Numbered from the stretch's first letter, positions 50,647 to 61,805 are shown. The stretch: DNA of 64,000 nt from Candidatus Bathyarchaeota archaeon (GCA_963706285.1 CAVPLU010000016.1:32001-96000); one strand, 5' to 3'. Notes: generated by a model not told the origin, from the sequence alone. A program made the numbers and translations.

Positions 50647-51317
50647 TTGGAAATAGCAAAAGGCATTCATCTTATCCCGAGAGTAAGAGGCGCGAACGCG
50701 TATCTCGTCAAGAGCGACAGCGGCATAGTAGTCGTGGATACCGGTCTGCCTGGAAACGCGGACAAGATACTAGACTATGTCGAAAGCATCGGTTGCCATC
50801 CTTCAGACATCAAAACAATAGTCTTGACTCATTCCGACATGGATCACATGCAGGAAGCGTTGCTCGACTGAAAGAAGAGACGAACGCAAAGGTGGCGATC
50901 CATGAAGCCGACGCGCCGAGACTATCCGGAGAAAAGGAACCAAAGACGGTGAAAGGGGTTCTTGGCGTGTTCCTTCGCGTAATTGGCCTCTTTATGAGGT
51001 TCACCCGAGTGAAGGCCGATGTTCTTTTGAAAGATTCAGACACCATTGATGGGTTGACTGTAGTCCATACTCCGGGACACACTGACGGTAGCATCTGTCT
51101 CTACCTTCCAGGCCAGGCAATCTTCGTCGGAGACGCCCTTCTTACTGACGGTGAACGTATGCTGACTCTTCCCCGGAGATCCATGAGCGTGGATATGAAT
51201 CAAGGAAAGGAGTCTATCAAGAAACTGTTAATGCTGAACTATTCGGTTTTGTTGCCCGGTCACGGGCCACCGATCGAGCAGAATGCGTCAACGGTGACGA
51301 AAGGAGTTCGTTGCTAG
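50647..51317 (+). CDS. MBL-fold metallo-hydrolase; frameshift near 50847
   Basis: VDTG, THSDMDH, then TPGHT, GDA, PGHG in the next frame. Confidence 0.85.
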
Positions 51318-51401
51318 CCTATGAACTGGCTATGTGAACTCGGCATCAACTGGTGCGTGAACTAATTCGCGATCCGAAACTGGAGTGCGACCAAACTGCA
51401 G

Positions 51402-52743
51402 GTGAAGGTGAACGATCGGCACGAAATTTTCGGCTGGGCTATGTACGATTGGGCGAACAGCGCTTTCGCGACAACTGTCTCTGCGGTCTTCCTAGGTCCA
51501 TATCTGACGACTCTGGCAAAGGCTGCTTCTGACAAGAATGGATTCGTGTACTTGCTCGGTATCGGGATTGCTCCTGCATCATTCCTGCCATATGCCGTGT
51601 CATTGTCAGCGCTGTTACAGGTTTTGATTCTACCGATATTGGGGGCAATAGCCGACTACTCGCACTTACGTAAGCGCATGCTAATGATCTTCACCGCGCT
51701 GGGTGCGACTGCCACGACGCTACTGTTCTTCGTGGAAGGGAACTTGTGGTGGCTCGGTGGAGTCCTATATTTGATCGCGAGTCTCTCCTTCGCCGCATGC
51801 ATTGTCTTCTACAATTCCTATCTTCCCGACATTGCAAGTGAGGATCAACGCGATCGCGTTTCCTCATTTGGTTGGGCGCTCGGCTATCTTGGCGGCGGAC
51901 TATTACTGGTGTTCAATCTCGCATTCTACCAAGCAAGCCCTTGGATCTTCGGTGAAGCAAGTACAGGCTTGACTCGTTCGTCTCAATTTGGCGTCGGCTG
52001 GCATATGGTGGATGGGATGGTCAATTTGGACTTTCATGACTTTACGACCTCGCAATGGGGTACCCAAATTGCTCGAAGGCGAGGCCTATCTCACGATTGG
52101 CTTCAGAGAAATGGCGGCAACACTTCGCGAGATGCGACGTTATCCGCAGACTCTTCGTTTTCTCTTGGCGTATCTGATCTACAACGACGGAGTGCAGACA
52201 GTGGTCGTTACAGCAGCGATTTTTGGAGCAGAGGCTCTGAAGATTTCACAGTCGACGCTCGTCCTCGTGATTTTGATGGTGCAAGTCGTGGCTTTCTTTG
52301 GAGCGCTCCTTTTCGGTAGGATTGCTGGTCTGGTCTCCGCTAAGACCGCAGTACTCATCAGTCTAGCGATTTGGTCTGGAACGGCATTCTACACCTATGG
52401 ATTTCTCTCAAGCGAATTCGAGTTCTGGCTGCTCGGCGGCGTAATTGCGCTCGTCCTCGGAGGGAGTCAAGCGTTAAGCCGAAGCATCTACGCCCAGATG
52501 ATACCTAAGCACAGGGAAGCCGAGTTCTTTTCTTTCTACGAGTTGGCCGATCGTGGCAGCTCCTTGTTGGGACCACTTGTCTTCGGTTTGACAAATCAAT
52601 GGCTCGGCAGTCTCCGATACGCGGCCTTGTCAGTGAGCTTCTTCTTCGTGGCAGGCCTAGCATTATTGACGCGTGTGAATGTTCAGAAAGCAATACAAGA
52701 CTCACGAGTCAGGCAAACACACGATCCTACAGTCAGAAGCTAG
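51402..52743 (+). CDS. MFS transporter (UMF1/ATG22-like); frameshift near 51975
   Basis: WAMYDWANSAF, YNSYLP, YNDGVQT, QALSRS, EFFSFY. Confidence 0.85.
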
Positions 52744-52748
52744 CGGGC

Positions 52749-53573
52749 CTAGTGCTCGTTGCTTGATTGTGAGATCTTCGTTGGGTGTCGTTGCTCTATG
52801 TCTTTTCGCAGCATCTCAAGCTGATTCGGTCTATCGACATCCATCGCGATTTCCACATACGGACAAACAACCGGTCTGATCCTTAGACCTGTACGTTGAG
52901 CTATTCTCTTTACAACTCGATCCGAATCGATCGTGCCGAACGTCACCGAGAAGAGCGTGGAGTACCCAAGGTAGTGGATTATGATGCCGATTTTCTTGAG
53001 CAGGTCTCTGCGTCCTTCTGCTAGGCGATCCATAAGTTTGTAGTTCTCGGTGATCGCCGTGATTCGAAATGCATTGATCAGTCCTCCGCAGAAATCTATG
53101 TCCTTCAATCGTGTTCCTTCAAACGGAAACGGGCGCTTAGAGCCTGGATAGCGAGCTTCCAAATCTTGCCGTGTGACAATGGTATAGCATACATCTTGAT
53201 CGGCTTCATTCGCAGAGTGAACCACCCAATCCACCATCTCGGAGGTGATTGCAGGTATGTCAGAAGTGACAAGAAGAGCGTACCGAGCTGTCGGATCTAT
53301 CTCCGCGACTTTCTTGAATCCAACGCGTACGTTCTCAAGGAGACTGCCCTGGTTGGGTAGGAGGAAGTTACGCTTCGAGCAAGTCATCTCGTTTTCTGGT
53401 AGTCCGACAATCACAATTTGGTCAATGGTCTTAGCGCCCACTAACGCATCCAGGACCCATTGGATCATTGGTTTCCCGCAGATATCCAAGAGAGCCTTCG
53501 GTTTCCCCAGTGTATATCTGTAAAGTGGATCATCGGGTTCAGGAATACCGCCGGCAATCACGACCGCATCCAT
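52749..53573 (-). CDS. NTP transferase (MobA-like) family protein
   Basis: DAVVIAGG, KALL..GKPMI.WV..AL, SDIP, MDVD.P. Confidence 0.8.
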   Translation of the reverse strand: MDAVVIAGGIPEPDDPLYRYTLGKPKALLDICGKPMIQWVLDALVGAKTIDQIVIVGLPENEMTCSKRNFLLPNQGSLLENVRVGFKKVAEIDPTARYALLVTSDIPAITSEMVDWVVHSANEADQDVCYTIVTRQDLEARYPGSKRPFPFEGTRLKDIDFCGGLINAFRITAITENYKLMDRLAEGRRDLLKKIGIIIHYLGYSTLFSVTFGTIDSDRVVKRIAQRTGLRIRPVVCPYVEIAMDVDRPNQLEMLRKDIEQRHPTKISQSSNEH

Positions 53574-53834
53574 TTTCGACTCCTTCCTCACAAAGACACA
53601 GACTGGGGAGTAGCCAGTTTCAGTCGAGAAAAGCTTTCTTAGGAATAATGGAGCGGAGAAGCGTCGACATGTGTGCGCACCACAGAATAGGAGACATAGA
53701 CAATCAGCATGGTTTGGAGTTCCGTGTGGAGGCTATGTGAAAGTCAGGTACAATTCGAAAAGAGATAGCTGCTTATGTAATAGCGCACGCGATTGAATCA
53801 TGTAACAGGAAAGATGGAATTCCGGTAAATCATT

Positions 53835-55790
53835 ATGATACGTGCTGGTCGAAGGATCTATTCTCCGGACTCCCCCGACGAGAGATCCAAAGTTACCTGG
53901 GGGTTGCTGCGACGCGTCTTGAACTATGCTCGCCCCTACCGTTGGTGGATTCTCTGGATGTTGATCCTTACCTTGGTCACCACGGGCCTCTCATTGCTGA
54001 CCCCCTTGATCCTGCGTGATCTTATCGACCGGACTCTCCCGCAGCGCGATGTTTCACACCTGATCTTGCTCATTTTTGGATTGCTTACGATCCCCGTCTT
54101 GACCGGTGCGCTCAATGTGTGGCAACGACAGATCAACGCCCGGGTGGGCGAAGGCGTGGTCTATGATCTGCGCACAGCGCTCTTTTCTCATCTGCAACGG
54201 ATGTCTCTGAGTTTTTTCACCCATACCAAACTTGGCGAATTGATGAGCCGCCTTAACAACGACGTGGTTGGCGCACAGAATGCTATCAGCAACACCTTCG
54301 TCAGCATCGTCACCAGTCTCATCCAGGCAGTGGTGCTGCTTTCCGTGATGTTCACATTGGAGTGGCGGTTGACGTTGATCAGCATTGCCATCTTGCCATT
54401 ATTCCTTGTTGCCGCTCGCCAGTTGGGGAATCGTCTACGTAAGATTGCCCGTCTGCAATTGGATCTCAATGCAAACATGAACGCGATGATGAACGAGATG
54501 CTCAATATCAGTGGCGCATTGCTGGTCAAGCTCTTTGGGCGCATTGCCCAGGAAGATACACGCTTCGAAGAACGCGCCGCACGGGTACGCGACAGCGGCG
54601 TCCAGCGGGCTGTGTCGGGTACGCTTTTCTTTGCTAGCGTGGGGTTGCTAAGCGCGATCAGCACGGCGCTGGTTTATGGGGTCGGTGGTTACCTGGTCAT
54701 TCAGGGTACGCTCACCATCGGTACAATTGTTGCCTTGGGCCTATACTTGGGCAGTCTGTATGGTGCATTGCAGAGCCTGACCAACGCACCGATAGACTTT
54801 GCCACATCCTTGGTTAGTTTCGAGCGCGTCTTTGAAGTACTAGATCTGCCGCTGGAAATTGACTCAAAACCTGGAGCATATGTATTGCAGGACGTTCGTG
54901 GCGTACTAGAGTTTGACGACGTCACCTTCCGGTACTCAGTGGACGAGAAGGGCTTGCTCAAGGACGTACGACGTTTTGGTCAGATGCAAGATGTCAAAGC
55001 GGTGCTCTCTAATGATTCAATGGAAGAGCGGCGAGACTTCGAGAATGTGGCTGAGGACGAGAAACTGGCCGCTCTCAGTCAGGCTCGTGACGAGGTGTTT
55101 GAGCATATCTCCTTCCGCGCCGAACCGGGGCAGCTGGTCGCATTGGTGGGGCCGAGTGGCGCGGGCAAGACAACACTCACCTATCTGATTCCGCGTCTTT
55201 ACGATCCGACTGCCGGTCGTATCTTGATTGACGGACATGATTTACGTGATGTGACGCTCGCCTCGCTCACCGCGCAGATCGGCATGGTCACGCAAGAGAC
55301 ATATCTGTTTCATGACACGATCCGGATGAACTTGCGTTATGCCAAGGCGGATGCCACGCAAGACGAAATCGAAAATGCGGCCAGAGCGGCCAACATCCAC
55401 GATTTCGTGATGGGTTTGCCGGACCGTTATGAGACAATTGTCGGGGAACGCGGTTATCGACTGAGTGGTGGCGAAAAGCAGCGGTTGTCACTGGCGCGGG
55501 TGATTCTGAAGAACCCACGCATTCTGGTGCTCGATGAGGCGACCAGCTCGTTAGACAGCGAATCTGAAGCCTTGATCCAGGAGGCCCTCAAGCGGGTCAT
55601 GGCTGGACGTACCTGCATTGTGATCGCCCACCGTTTGAGCACAATCTTGGCCGCCGATTTGATCCTCGTGATAGATCAAGGACAAATTGTGGAACGAGGT
55701 ACTCACAACGAACTCCTAACGCAAGCGGGATTGTATGCACGGTTATATGAGACTCAGTTTCGTCGAGAATTGGAGAAAACCAACCCTTAG
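53835..55790 (+). CDS. ABC exporter, fused permease/ATP-binding
   Basis: 6-TM domain, GPSGAGKT, LSGGEKQR, LDEATSSLD, IAHRLST. Confidence 0.93.
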   Translation: MIRAGRRIYSPDSPDERSKVTWGLLRRVLNYARPYRWWILWMLILTLVTTGLSLLTPLILRDLIDRTLPQRDVSHLILLIFGLLTIPVLTGALNVWQRQINARVGEGVVYDLRTALFSHLQRMSLSFFTHTKLGELMSRLNNDVVGAQNAISNTFVSIVTSLIQAVVLLSVMFTLEWRLTLISIAILPLFLVAARQLGNRLRKIARLQLDLNANMNAMMNEMLNISGALLVKLFGRIAQEDTRFEERAARVRDSGVQRAVSGTLFFASVGLLSAISTALVYGVGGYLVIQGTLTIGTIVALGLYLGSLYGALQSLTNAPIDFATSLVSFERVFEVLDLPLEIDSKPGAYVLQDVRGVLEFDDVTFRYSVDEKGLLKDVRRFGQMQDVKAVLSNDSMEERRDFENVAEDEKLAALSQARDEVFEHISFRAEPGQLVALVGPSGAGKTTLTYLIPRLYDPTAGRILIDGHDLRDVTLASLTAQIGMVTQETYLFHDTIRMNLRYAKADATQDEIENAARAANIHDFVMGLPDRYETIVGERGYRLSGGEKQRLSLARVILKNPRILVLDEATSSLDSESEALIQEALKRVMAGRTCIVIAHRLSTILAADLILVIDQGQIVERGTHNELLTQAGLYARLYETQFRRELEKTNP

Positions 55791-55957
55791 GGCGAAGCCT
55801 CACCAAAGAAGATCCGGACAGATGGGAATGAGAATTAGTAGCAAGGGTGCGCTATGGCGTTAGGTGCGAGCTTAGATTCTGCGAGCCACTTCGCCCTGAC
55901 TTGATGAATCTATGCAGCGAGAACTAGGACGCGCGAGGGTTCAAATCCTGGATCCAT

Positions 55958-56713
55958 GTGCAAGGTTATGAGGTCATCGAGGGAAGATCCAAAGTGAGAA
56001 AGGGGGAGTTGGGCCTATCTTCACTCTGCATCGCCCTTCTGCTTTTGACACTCGTGCTTGCGAATCAAATCGAGATGGATAGGCGTACAATATCGGATCT
56101 TCAACATCAAATCAATGGATTAGGAAACAGCACTGAAATGATTGAAGCACGGATTAGGCCTCAAGTGTGGAGTCAGTATGGTTTGCCATCTTGGCAATCA
56201 TTTCAGTACTACGCTCTTCCTTACGGATTTAGCGTCGTCGCAGCCGATTCTACAAACGCAACGAGCTATATCTGCAACAGGGCTCTCGGCTACTTCATCA
56301 TCGACGCTCTGCCAAACCATCTGTGGATCACTGGCAGAGTAAGGCTGGACGATGCCGCCCAATCCGGGCAAAGCTGGAGCCGCATTGCCTTCGTAATGGC
56401 AGTTGAACATGGAAACAACACGAGTTTCTTAGAATTAGACGTCTACGATAGCCCCAATTCTCCAATTCAGCCCGGAAAGCCGGGGACATGGACTAACGTC
56501 TATGAGTACAACAAGTACCAGCTTCATGTTGGGGAGGAGCAGGTCTTCACCTTTGACATCGGATCGGAATACCTCAACCACTATGCTGACAAGAGCTACG
56601 CAGGCATAGAGAACATTCATCTGTATTTTGTGCTCGAATGCCAAACCGCGACCAATAGCGGCTGGAACATCGCATACAGTATCAATGATATGGGCTACTG
56701 GGAAACCACGTGA
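55958..56713 (+). CDS. Hypothetical membrane-anchored/secreted protein
   Basis: N-terminal TM, short coiled coil, aromatic-rich beta domain. Confidence 0.55.
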   Translation: MQGYEVIEGRSKVRKGELGLSSLCIALLLLTLVLANQIEMDRRTISDLQHQINGLGNSTEMIEARIRPQVWSQYGLPSWQSFQYYALPYGFSVVAADSTNATSYICNRALGYFIIDALPNHLWITGRVRLDDAAQSGQSWSRIAFVMAVEHGNNTSFLELDVYDSPNSPIQPGKPGTWTNVYEYNKYQLHVGEEQVFTFDIGSEYLNHYADKSYAGIENIHLYFVLECQTATNSGWNIAYSINDMGYWETT

Positions 56714-56763
56714 GGTGGTACTCGAGGAGTCTTGAGTGCGGAGTACGGTTTTGGCATGCTTCG

Positions 56764-57024
56764 CTAATGCTTGATTTTTGTCCACAGAAATAGTACAGCA
56801 CCTACAACCACGCTCCAGACGACAACATCAGCAATCAAAGCCACCGCGTCAACGTGCCATGGAAAGTACTCAGGCGCTATTATGAGACGAAATAGCCACG
56901 CAAGAGGGTATCCATAGTGTTCCGCGCCCAGCAACGGAGTAGGCATGTTCGAGAACAGACCTGTCAAGAGACAGATCGCCACGCCTCCGATGATGGAGAG
57001 GGTCAGAATCTTCAATGCGTTCAA
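56764..57024 (-). CDS. Small membrane protein
   Basis: TM - YGYPLAWL - TM. Confidence 0.65.
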   Translation of the reverse strand: MNALKILTLSIIGGVAICLLTGLFSNMPTPLLGAEHYGYPLAWLFRLIIAPEYFPWHVDAVALIADVVVWSVVVGAVLFLWTKIKH

Positions 57025-57287
57025 GATCTTCCACTTGCCTTGATGTAGGTTAATACGGCGATATTATACGTCTTTTTAGAACAAGGTGTTTCGAACAATA
57101 GACATGATGTCTTCAGGAAGTAGCTCACTAGGCATATTGTTGTGCGGAAATCGTTTTTGATGCATGGGCTGTAATTTGAATGGCCGTCCATAATATTGGC
57201 GGCAGAAAATCAGATCGTCTGAAACGTATTTCGAATGATCTTGGGAGCAGGATGAACAAGGGCGAGGCGAGCTGAAGCGCTCTCTTT

Positions 57288-57482
57288 CTAGGTCTTCTGG
57301 TCACTTTCAGGTTCGGGGGCACGTTTTTCAGATTCGGCACTCGATACCCTCGCCAAGAGAACAGAGGCTGAAGGTCTTCCCAGCAAACCATGTACCTCAC
57401 AATGGTACACGAGCTCGCTGATCCTCCCTCTTCTTGCTCCTGGAAGGAGGGTCATTTCACGTCCACAGAGTGGGCATCGCAT
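57288..57482 (-). CDS. Small zinc-finger protein
   Basis: CPLC...C..HG. Confidence 0.45.
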   Translation of the reverse strand: MRCPLCGREMTLLPGARRGRISELVYHCEVHGLLGRPSASVLLARVSSAESEKRAPEPESDQKT

Positions 57483-57912
57483 GCAAGATCTACCTAGCTT
57501 TCAATCTGCTCGATTGATTGTCAGTTCAGTCTGGACTTTCGTCTCGTGCGTTCATAGCTCTTCCTTTGAACAATTGGTGCTTGCAATGATAGTGTGCATA
57601 CGCCACGTTCTCGGTGGACTGGGTTTCACGACAATTGTAGGGGTCATCAGAGTAGCTGCTAATCCAACTCATTATCTGAAGAGAAAACGCCGACTACCAT
57701 GTATGGGAGGTCTCTGAAGATTTGCTCCATGCTTCGCACATACTTGCGAAAAGCTCTTCGGTTCTTTCGCGGTTAGACGTGACGCTGTGTATAGCTACCA
57801 TTTCTGCGTCATCGCACTCAGACGTATGATTCATGGATCCAATGCGTCAATATTGGCTAGAGGGTTGTCCCCTTCCAATCCGGAGCTACTCCAGATACGA
57901 AGAATGCGTTGC

Positions 57913-58380
57913 CTATGGGATTGCTTCGTTCCCGTGCTTGGCTCTGAGCAGTTCAAAACCGGTTTGTCTGTCGAAGACTCGCACGGCTGTTGTGTTAACA
58001 AGTTCGAAAAGTATGATCTCCAGAACATGCCACACTCTCACACCTCTTCTTACGCAACCGGTTACCGTTGATGTTTCTCTGCCCGCCGCAATATGCATGT
58101 GTAGTACCGGTGCGCCCTTTTCATTGGGAAATATCGTTCCCGTTCCTGTGACCTCGTGAACGTTGTTGAGCACATGTTCCATGGGAGTGATTGGTTGCGA
58201 ACGCCCCTCCTGCGGGCCTACGACGAGTCTGCTTCCTTCATCCGCGCCGCCGACTGCGATCAGCGCCGCTGCTCTAATGGAATGTTGCGTGGCGAACCGT
58301 TCAACTTCTTCATGGAGAATCTCACCATCGTGGAGGCGTATGACAAAAACCCGACCGTGTTGAGCCTGCGAGAACTCCAT
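57913..58380 (-). CDS. PPC domain (DUF296) protein
   Basis: RL.DGE, GTGT, LHMH. Confidence 0.8.
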   Translation of the reverse strand: MEFSQAQHGRVFVIRLHDGEILHEEVERFATQHSIRAAALIAVGGADEGSRLVVGPQEGRSQPITPMEHVLNNVHEVTGTGTIFPNEKGAPVLHMHIAAGRETSTVTGCVRRGVRVWHVLEIILFELVNTTAVRVFDRQTGFELLRAKHGNEAIP

Positions 58381-58535
58381 ATGTCGCCGTATCTCCTCAA
58401 AATCATCATAGGAAATGCCGCCTTCTAAGGATGGCACTGAGCAAGCCTTGGAATGCTTCGGGGCATCACGCCAAATAGATTTTGGATGCAGAATAATGGG
58501 AGCAAGCGACTATGAATAGTCTGTCAGAATCAACG

Positions 58536-58736
58536 TTACGGTTTCATTCGCTTCGTCATCAGGACTGGTTCACAGAGTCTATCCTCTTTCGCAGCGACTC
58601 TGCCGCATTGTTTGCAAAGGAAGCGTCCTCCGTCAACAAGCTTCGAATATTGATTCAGCGTTGTTCCAGCTTCGACCAGTTGACAAAGATGCATCTCATG
58701 CTTCTTCGGATTATGATGTTTCTCGTATAGCGGCAT
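58536..58736 (-). CDS. Small His/Cys-rich protein
   Basis: HEMHLC...FLCKQCGRVA...LCEP. Confidence 0.6.
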   Translation of the reverse strand: MPLYEKHHNPKKHEMHLCQLVEAGTTLNQYSKLVDGGRFLCKQCGRVAAKEDRLCEPVLMTKRMKP

Positions 58737-58824
58737 CCAAATTACCCCGTGTCATCATTTTGGTGATGTATCTCTACTTAACTTTCGCCTTGATTGAGGT
58801 GGCATCGCAATTCCTGAAATAGGG

Positions 58825-59415
58825 GTGCTTTTCACAAGCAAGAATGGTGCTGGATCGCTGGAATCTTACTGCCACATGTTGCTGCCATCTGTCTTTGGCA
58901 CGTTCGGAATCGTGTGGAAAAAGACAGAGGCTCGACCGAAGGTCCAGAGGGTGTTCCTCCCAAACGCGAAGACTCAACTGATAAACCGCATTCACGCAGA
59001 CTTCGCCGGCTCAAAGGCCGCATCATGCGAGAGCGTATTGGAACTCGGCGAACAAATCCAAAGATTTCTCAAGGGTGAACCTGTCAAGTTTGACCTGGAT
59101 ATCGTAGCTCTTGAAACCTGTTCTTCATTTCAGAGAAGGGTCCTCCTAGCTGAATATGGGATTCCGCGAGGGTGGATCAGCACGTATGGGAGGATATCGA
59201 AGAGTCTGGGAATTGCGAAGGGAGCACGGGCTGTTGGAAGGGTTCTTTCGCGGAACCCCTTTCCCATAATCATTCCCTGTCATCGAGCGATCAGATCTAA
59301 TGGTGAACTTGGGGGATTCCAAGGCGGGCTAAGGATGAAGAAAGTTCTGCTTGAACACGAGGGCGTGTGTGTCTCAAATGAGGGAAAGGTTCTCACTACT
59401 CAGATCTACTACTAG
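58825..59415 (+). CDS. ogt: Methylated-DNA-protein-cysteine methyltransferase
   Basis: FQRRV, IPRG..STYG, ARAVG, IIPCHR. Confidence 0.9.
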   Translation: MLFTSKNGAGSLESYCHMLLPSVFGTFGIVWKKTEARPKVQRVFLPNAKTQLINRIHADFAGSKAASCESVLELGEQIQRFLKGEPVKFDLDIVALETCSSFQRRVLLAEYGIPRGWISTYGRISKSLGIAKGARAVGRVLSRNPFPIIIPCHRAIRSNGELGGFQGGLRMKKVLLEHEGVCVSNEGKVLTTQIYY

Positions 59416-59620
59416 AGTCGTTGCACGCTTTTTCGTTCTATTTGGTGCGCACCGTCACATCTGACCGCTATTCAGAACAGCGAGAGGATTCTCGGAACCA
59501 CATTAGAATTTGGGAATGGAGACTGAACCTCAAAGAGGTGCTTAGCATTTTCGCGTCTCTGCAGAAACGCCATTGTGTTATTAGCGACCAAATACGAATC
59601 CAGATCTACAGGTGATTTCA

Positions 59621-60006
59621 ATGGCTGCAGATAGTCAGATGTTGGAGGAGTTGAGGAAGATTAGGGAAGCTCTGACCCGAAACCTGAGCCACCGGCGCCA
59701 AAGGGATTGTGGGCTGAGTTCAAGGATTTCCTCGGCAAGGCTGGAGTGCTTGGCCTAGCGATTGGTTTCATTATGGGCACCTACATTGGCAAGGTTGTTT
59801 CAGCGCTCGTCCAGGACATCATAATGCCAATTCCAGGAGCCCTCATACCCGGAGGCGATTGGAGGAAAGCCGTCATAAGCATACCATTAGGGAGTGGAGT
59901 GAACTTCGCAGTCGGCGACTTTGCCGGAGTGATAATTGACTTTCTAATCGTCGCAGCAGTAATCTTTGTGATCGCAAGGTATGCGGGGAAGATGGGGCTC
60001 AAGTAA
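59621..60006 (+). CDS. mscL: MscL-family mechanosensitive channel; frameshift near 59678
   Basis: EFKDFL, LAIGFIMG, V.ALVQDIIMP, G.F...IDFLIVA; N-terminal extension in another frame. Confidence 0.85.
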
Positions 60007-60243
60007 GGAGCCCCGCAGCTTCGAATTTGTGCTGCGTTGTTTTCTCACTTTCTTTTCTTTATTGCGTCCGTCTACCAGTCGTTCCGTCACACTCATCGAG
60101 TCCTAATTCTTAGTCTACATGATTGGCGCGTTCGCTCATTCATCATCGCGTTTTGTTCCACAATCCATCGCATGTAGCCGGTGCGCGTATCAAGAATTCG
60201 ATTGGTGGAAGAGCCGGTCTATATGCGCTATCTTGGAGAGCGA

Positions 60244-60516
60244 TCAAATCCGCAATGCTAACAAAGCTACTACAAGTGCCCATAGGCCTGCAGCTATGAC
60301 AACCTTGATCTGAAAACTCGTCTTGCGAGTCTTATGGTGGAATGCAAACATGCCCAAGACTATTCCGAGAAACGCTCCCGCAAGAGAAATCAGAAAGAAC
60401 CACATTTCCGGAATCCTTCCGGAATCTATTTTTGCACTTAGCTTGTCGAATCCCATCAGGAGAAAACCTGCGGCGTTTATGACTAGTAGATAGATCCAGA
60501 CTAACTGGCTGACCAA
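60244..60516 (-). CDS. DUF1294 membrane protein
   Basis: YLLVIN..F.LMG.DK, RIPE, HKTRK. Confidence 0.88.
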   Translation of the reverse strand: MVSQLVWIYLLVINAAGFLLMGFDKLSAKIDSGRIPEMWFFLISLAGAFLGIVLGMFAFHHKTRKTSFQIKVVIAAGLWALVVALLALRI

Positions 60517-60522
60517 GCAGGA

Positions 60523-61794
60523 TCACGCCTGGCGTGTCATTCGAGATCGGCGTGGTAGGAACACGACAAGTACCGTGGAGAGCCCTGACACTATGGCGAG
60601 CGTGAGGAAGATCGTGGGCAACAATGAGAGGTTGGCTCCGACCGCTAGTCCAACTACTAGAGGACCGATTGAGTTGCCTCCTAGCACTCCGACTCCCCAA
60701 ACAATCGCGTTCGATAATGAAAGAAATTTCGACGGTACTGAATCAGATACTGCTGAGAGGAACACAGGATAGGAACTGTAGGTGAAGAACCCAAAGAGCG
60801 CGAGACACGTTACGGAAATAATCGGGTTCGATAACGTGTAGAGATAGAATATGATCGAAATGCTCTGGCCGGCGGTGTTTATGGCGAGGGAGGCGGTCCT
60901 GTGCATGTCAGAGAAATGGCCGAAGATGATCTGCCCTGGAACGCCAAGCACGATCGCAATCATCATTATCACGCCGACACCGAAACTGAAAGAGTACTGC
61001 TGAACCTGCACGATGAAGATTGAGAGAAAAGCCATGACGCCTTGACCGAATGTTCCTCGAATCACCGCTATCGTTGTCAGCACCAGGACGTTCAATATGG
61101 CAGATCGATCGAGCGGCGTGGATTTTCCGGACTTGAATTCGCGGTCGAACGCTTCTGTAGCATCTGACGCTCCAGGGGTGCTGCTCCGCGTTCCTTCGAG
61201 CGGATAGAGTCCGATCAGGGTGGCTGGAATGAGTCCTAGAAATCCAAGTGCGATGACTCCGTATGGCAGATTGAGGCTAGTAATCAGGACGACAACGATG
61301 CTAGGGTATAGTGCTCGTCCTAGACTGCCGACGGCGCCGTTCAATCCTAGTGCCTTACCGGTCTTGGAAGATGGGTAGGCTTGGCTTAGCACGGTTCCGC
61401 CTACTGGATGGGCGACTGCGGAGCCTAAACCGCCAATTGCCGCAAAAAAGACGAGCGCGGGGTACACATCGAAAGGCAACAGGGATCGAACTGTGCCAAC
61501 GCTGATTGACCAGCCTGTTCCGATCACACCGGCCGCCATCATTATGAGGCCTCCTAGGAGAAGTGCGCCGTTTCGTCGGAATCGGTCTGACAAATGGCCG
61601 ACTGCTGGGCTTCCGATGACGGAGGTTATGTTCCACATTGCCGCGACCACGCCCAGCTCAGGTGCAGCCAATCCAAACAGAGTGAGCAGCAGAGGAAAGA
61701 TTGACAGTGGAACCATAGAGACGCCGTCATTCACGAAATGAGTCAGAGACGTGAGAATGAGCGCTCGTTTCTGACGTGGCGTCTCATAGAACAT
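60523..61794 (-). CDS. MFS transporter (Fsr-like)
   Basis: HFVND, GHLSDRF, HP, 12 TM. Confidence 0.88.
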   Translation of the reverse strand: MFYETPRQKRALILTSLTHFVNDGVSMVPLSIFPLLLTLFGLAAPELGVVAAMWNITSVIGSPAVGHLSDRFRRNGALLLGGLIMMAAGVIGTGWSISVGTVRSLLPFDVYPALVFFAAIGGLGSAVAHPVGGTVLSQAYPSSKTGKALGLNGAVGSLGRALYPSIVVVLITSLNLPYGVIALGFLGLIPATLIGLYPLEGTRSSTPGASDATEAFDREFKSGKSTPLDRSAILNVLVLTTIAVIRGTFGQGVMAFLSIFIVQVQQYSFSFGVGVIMMIAIVLGVPGQIIFGHFSDMHRTASLAINTAGQSISIIFYLYTLSNPIISVTCLALFGFFTYSSYPVFLSAVSDSVPSKFLSLSNAIVWGVGVLGGNSIGPLVVGLAVGANLSLLPTIFLTLAIVSGLSTVLVVFLPRRSRMTRQA

Positions 61795-61805
61795 GCATTG
61801 CTCAC

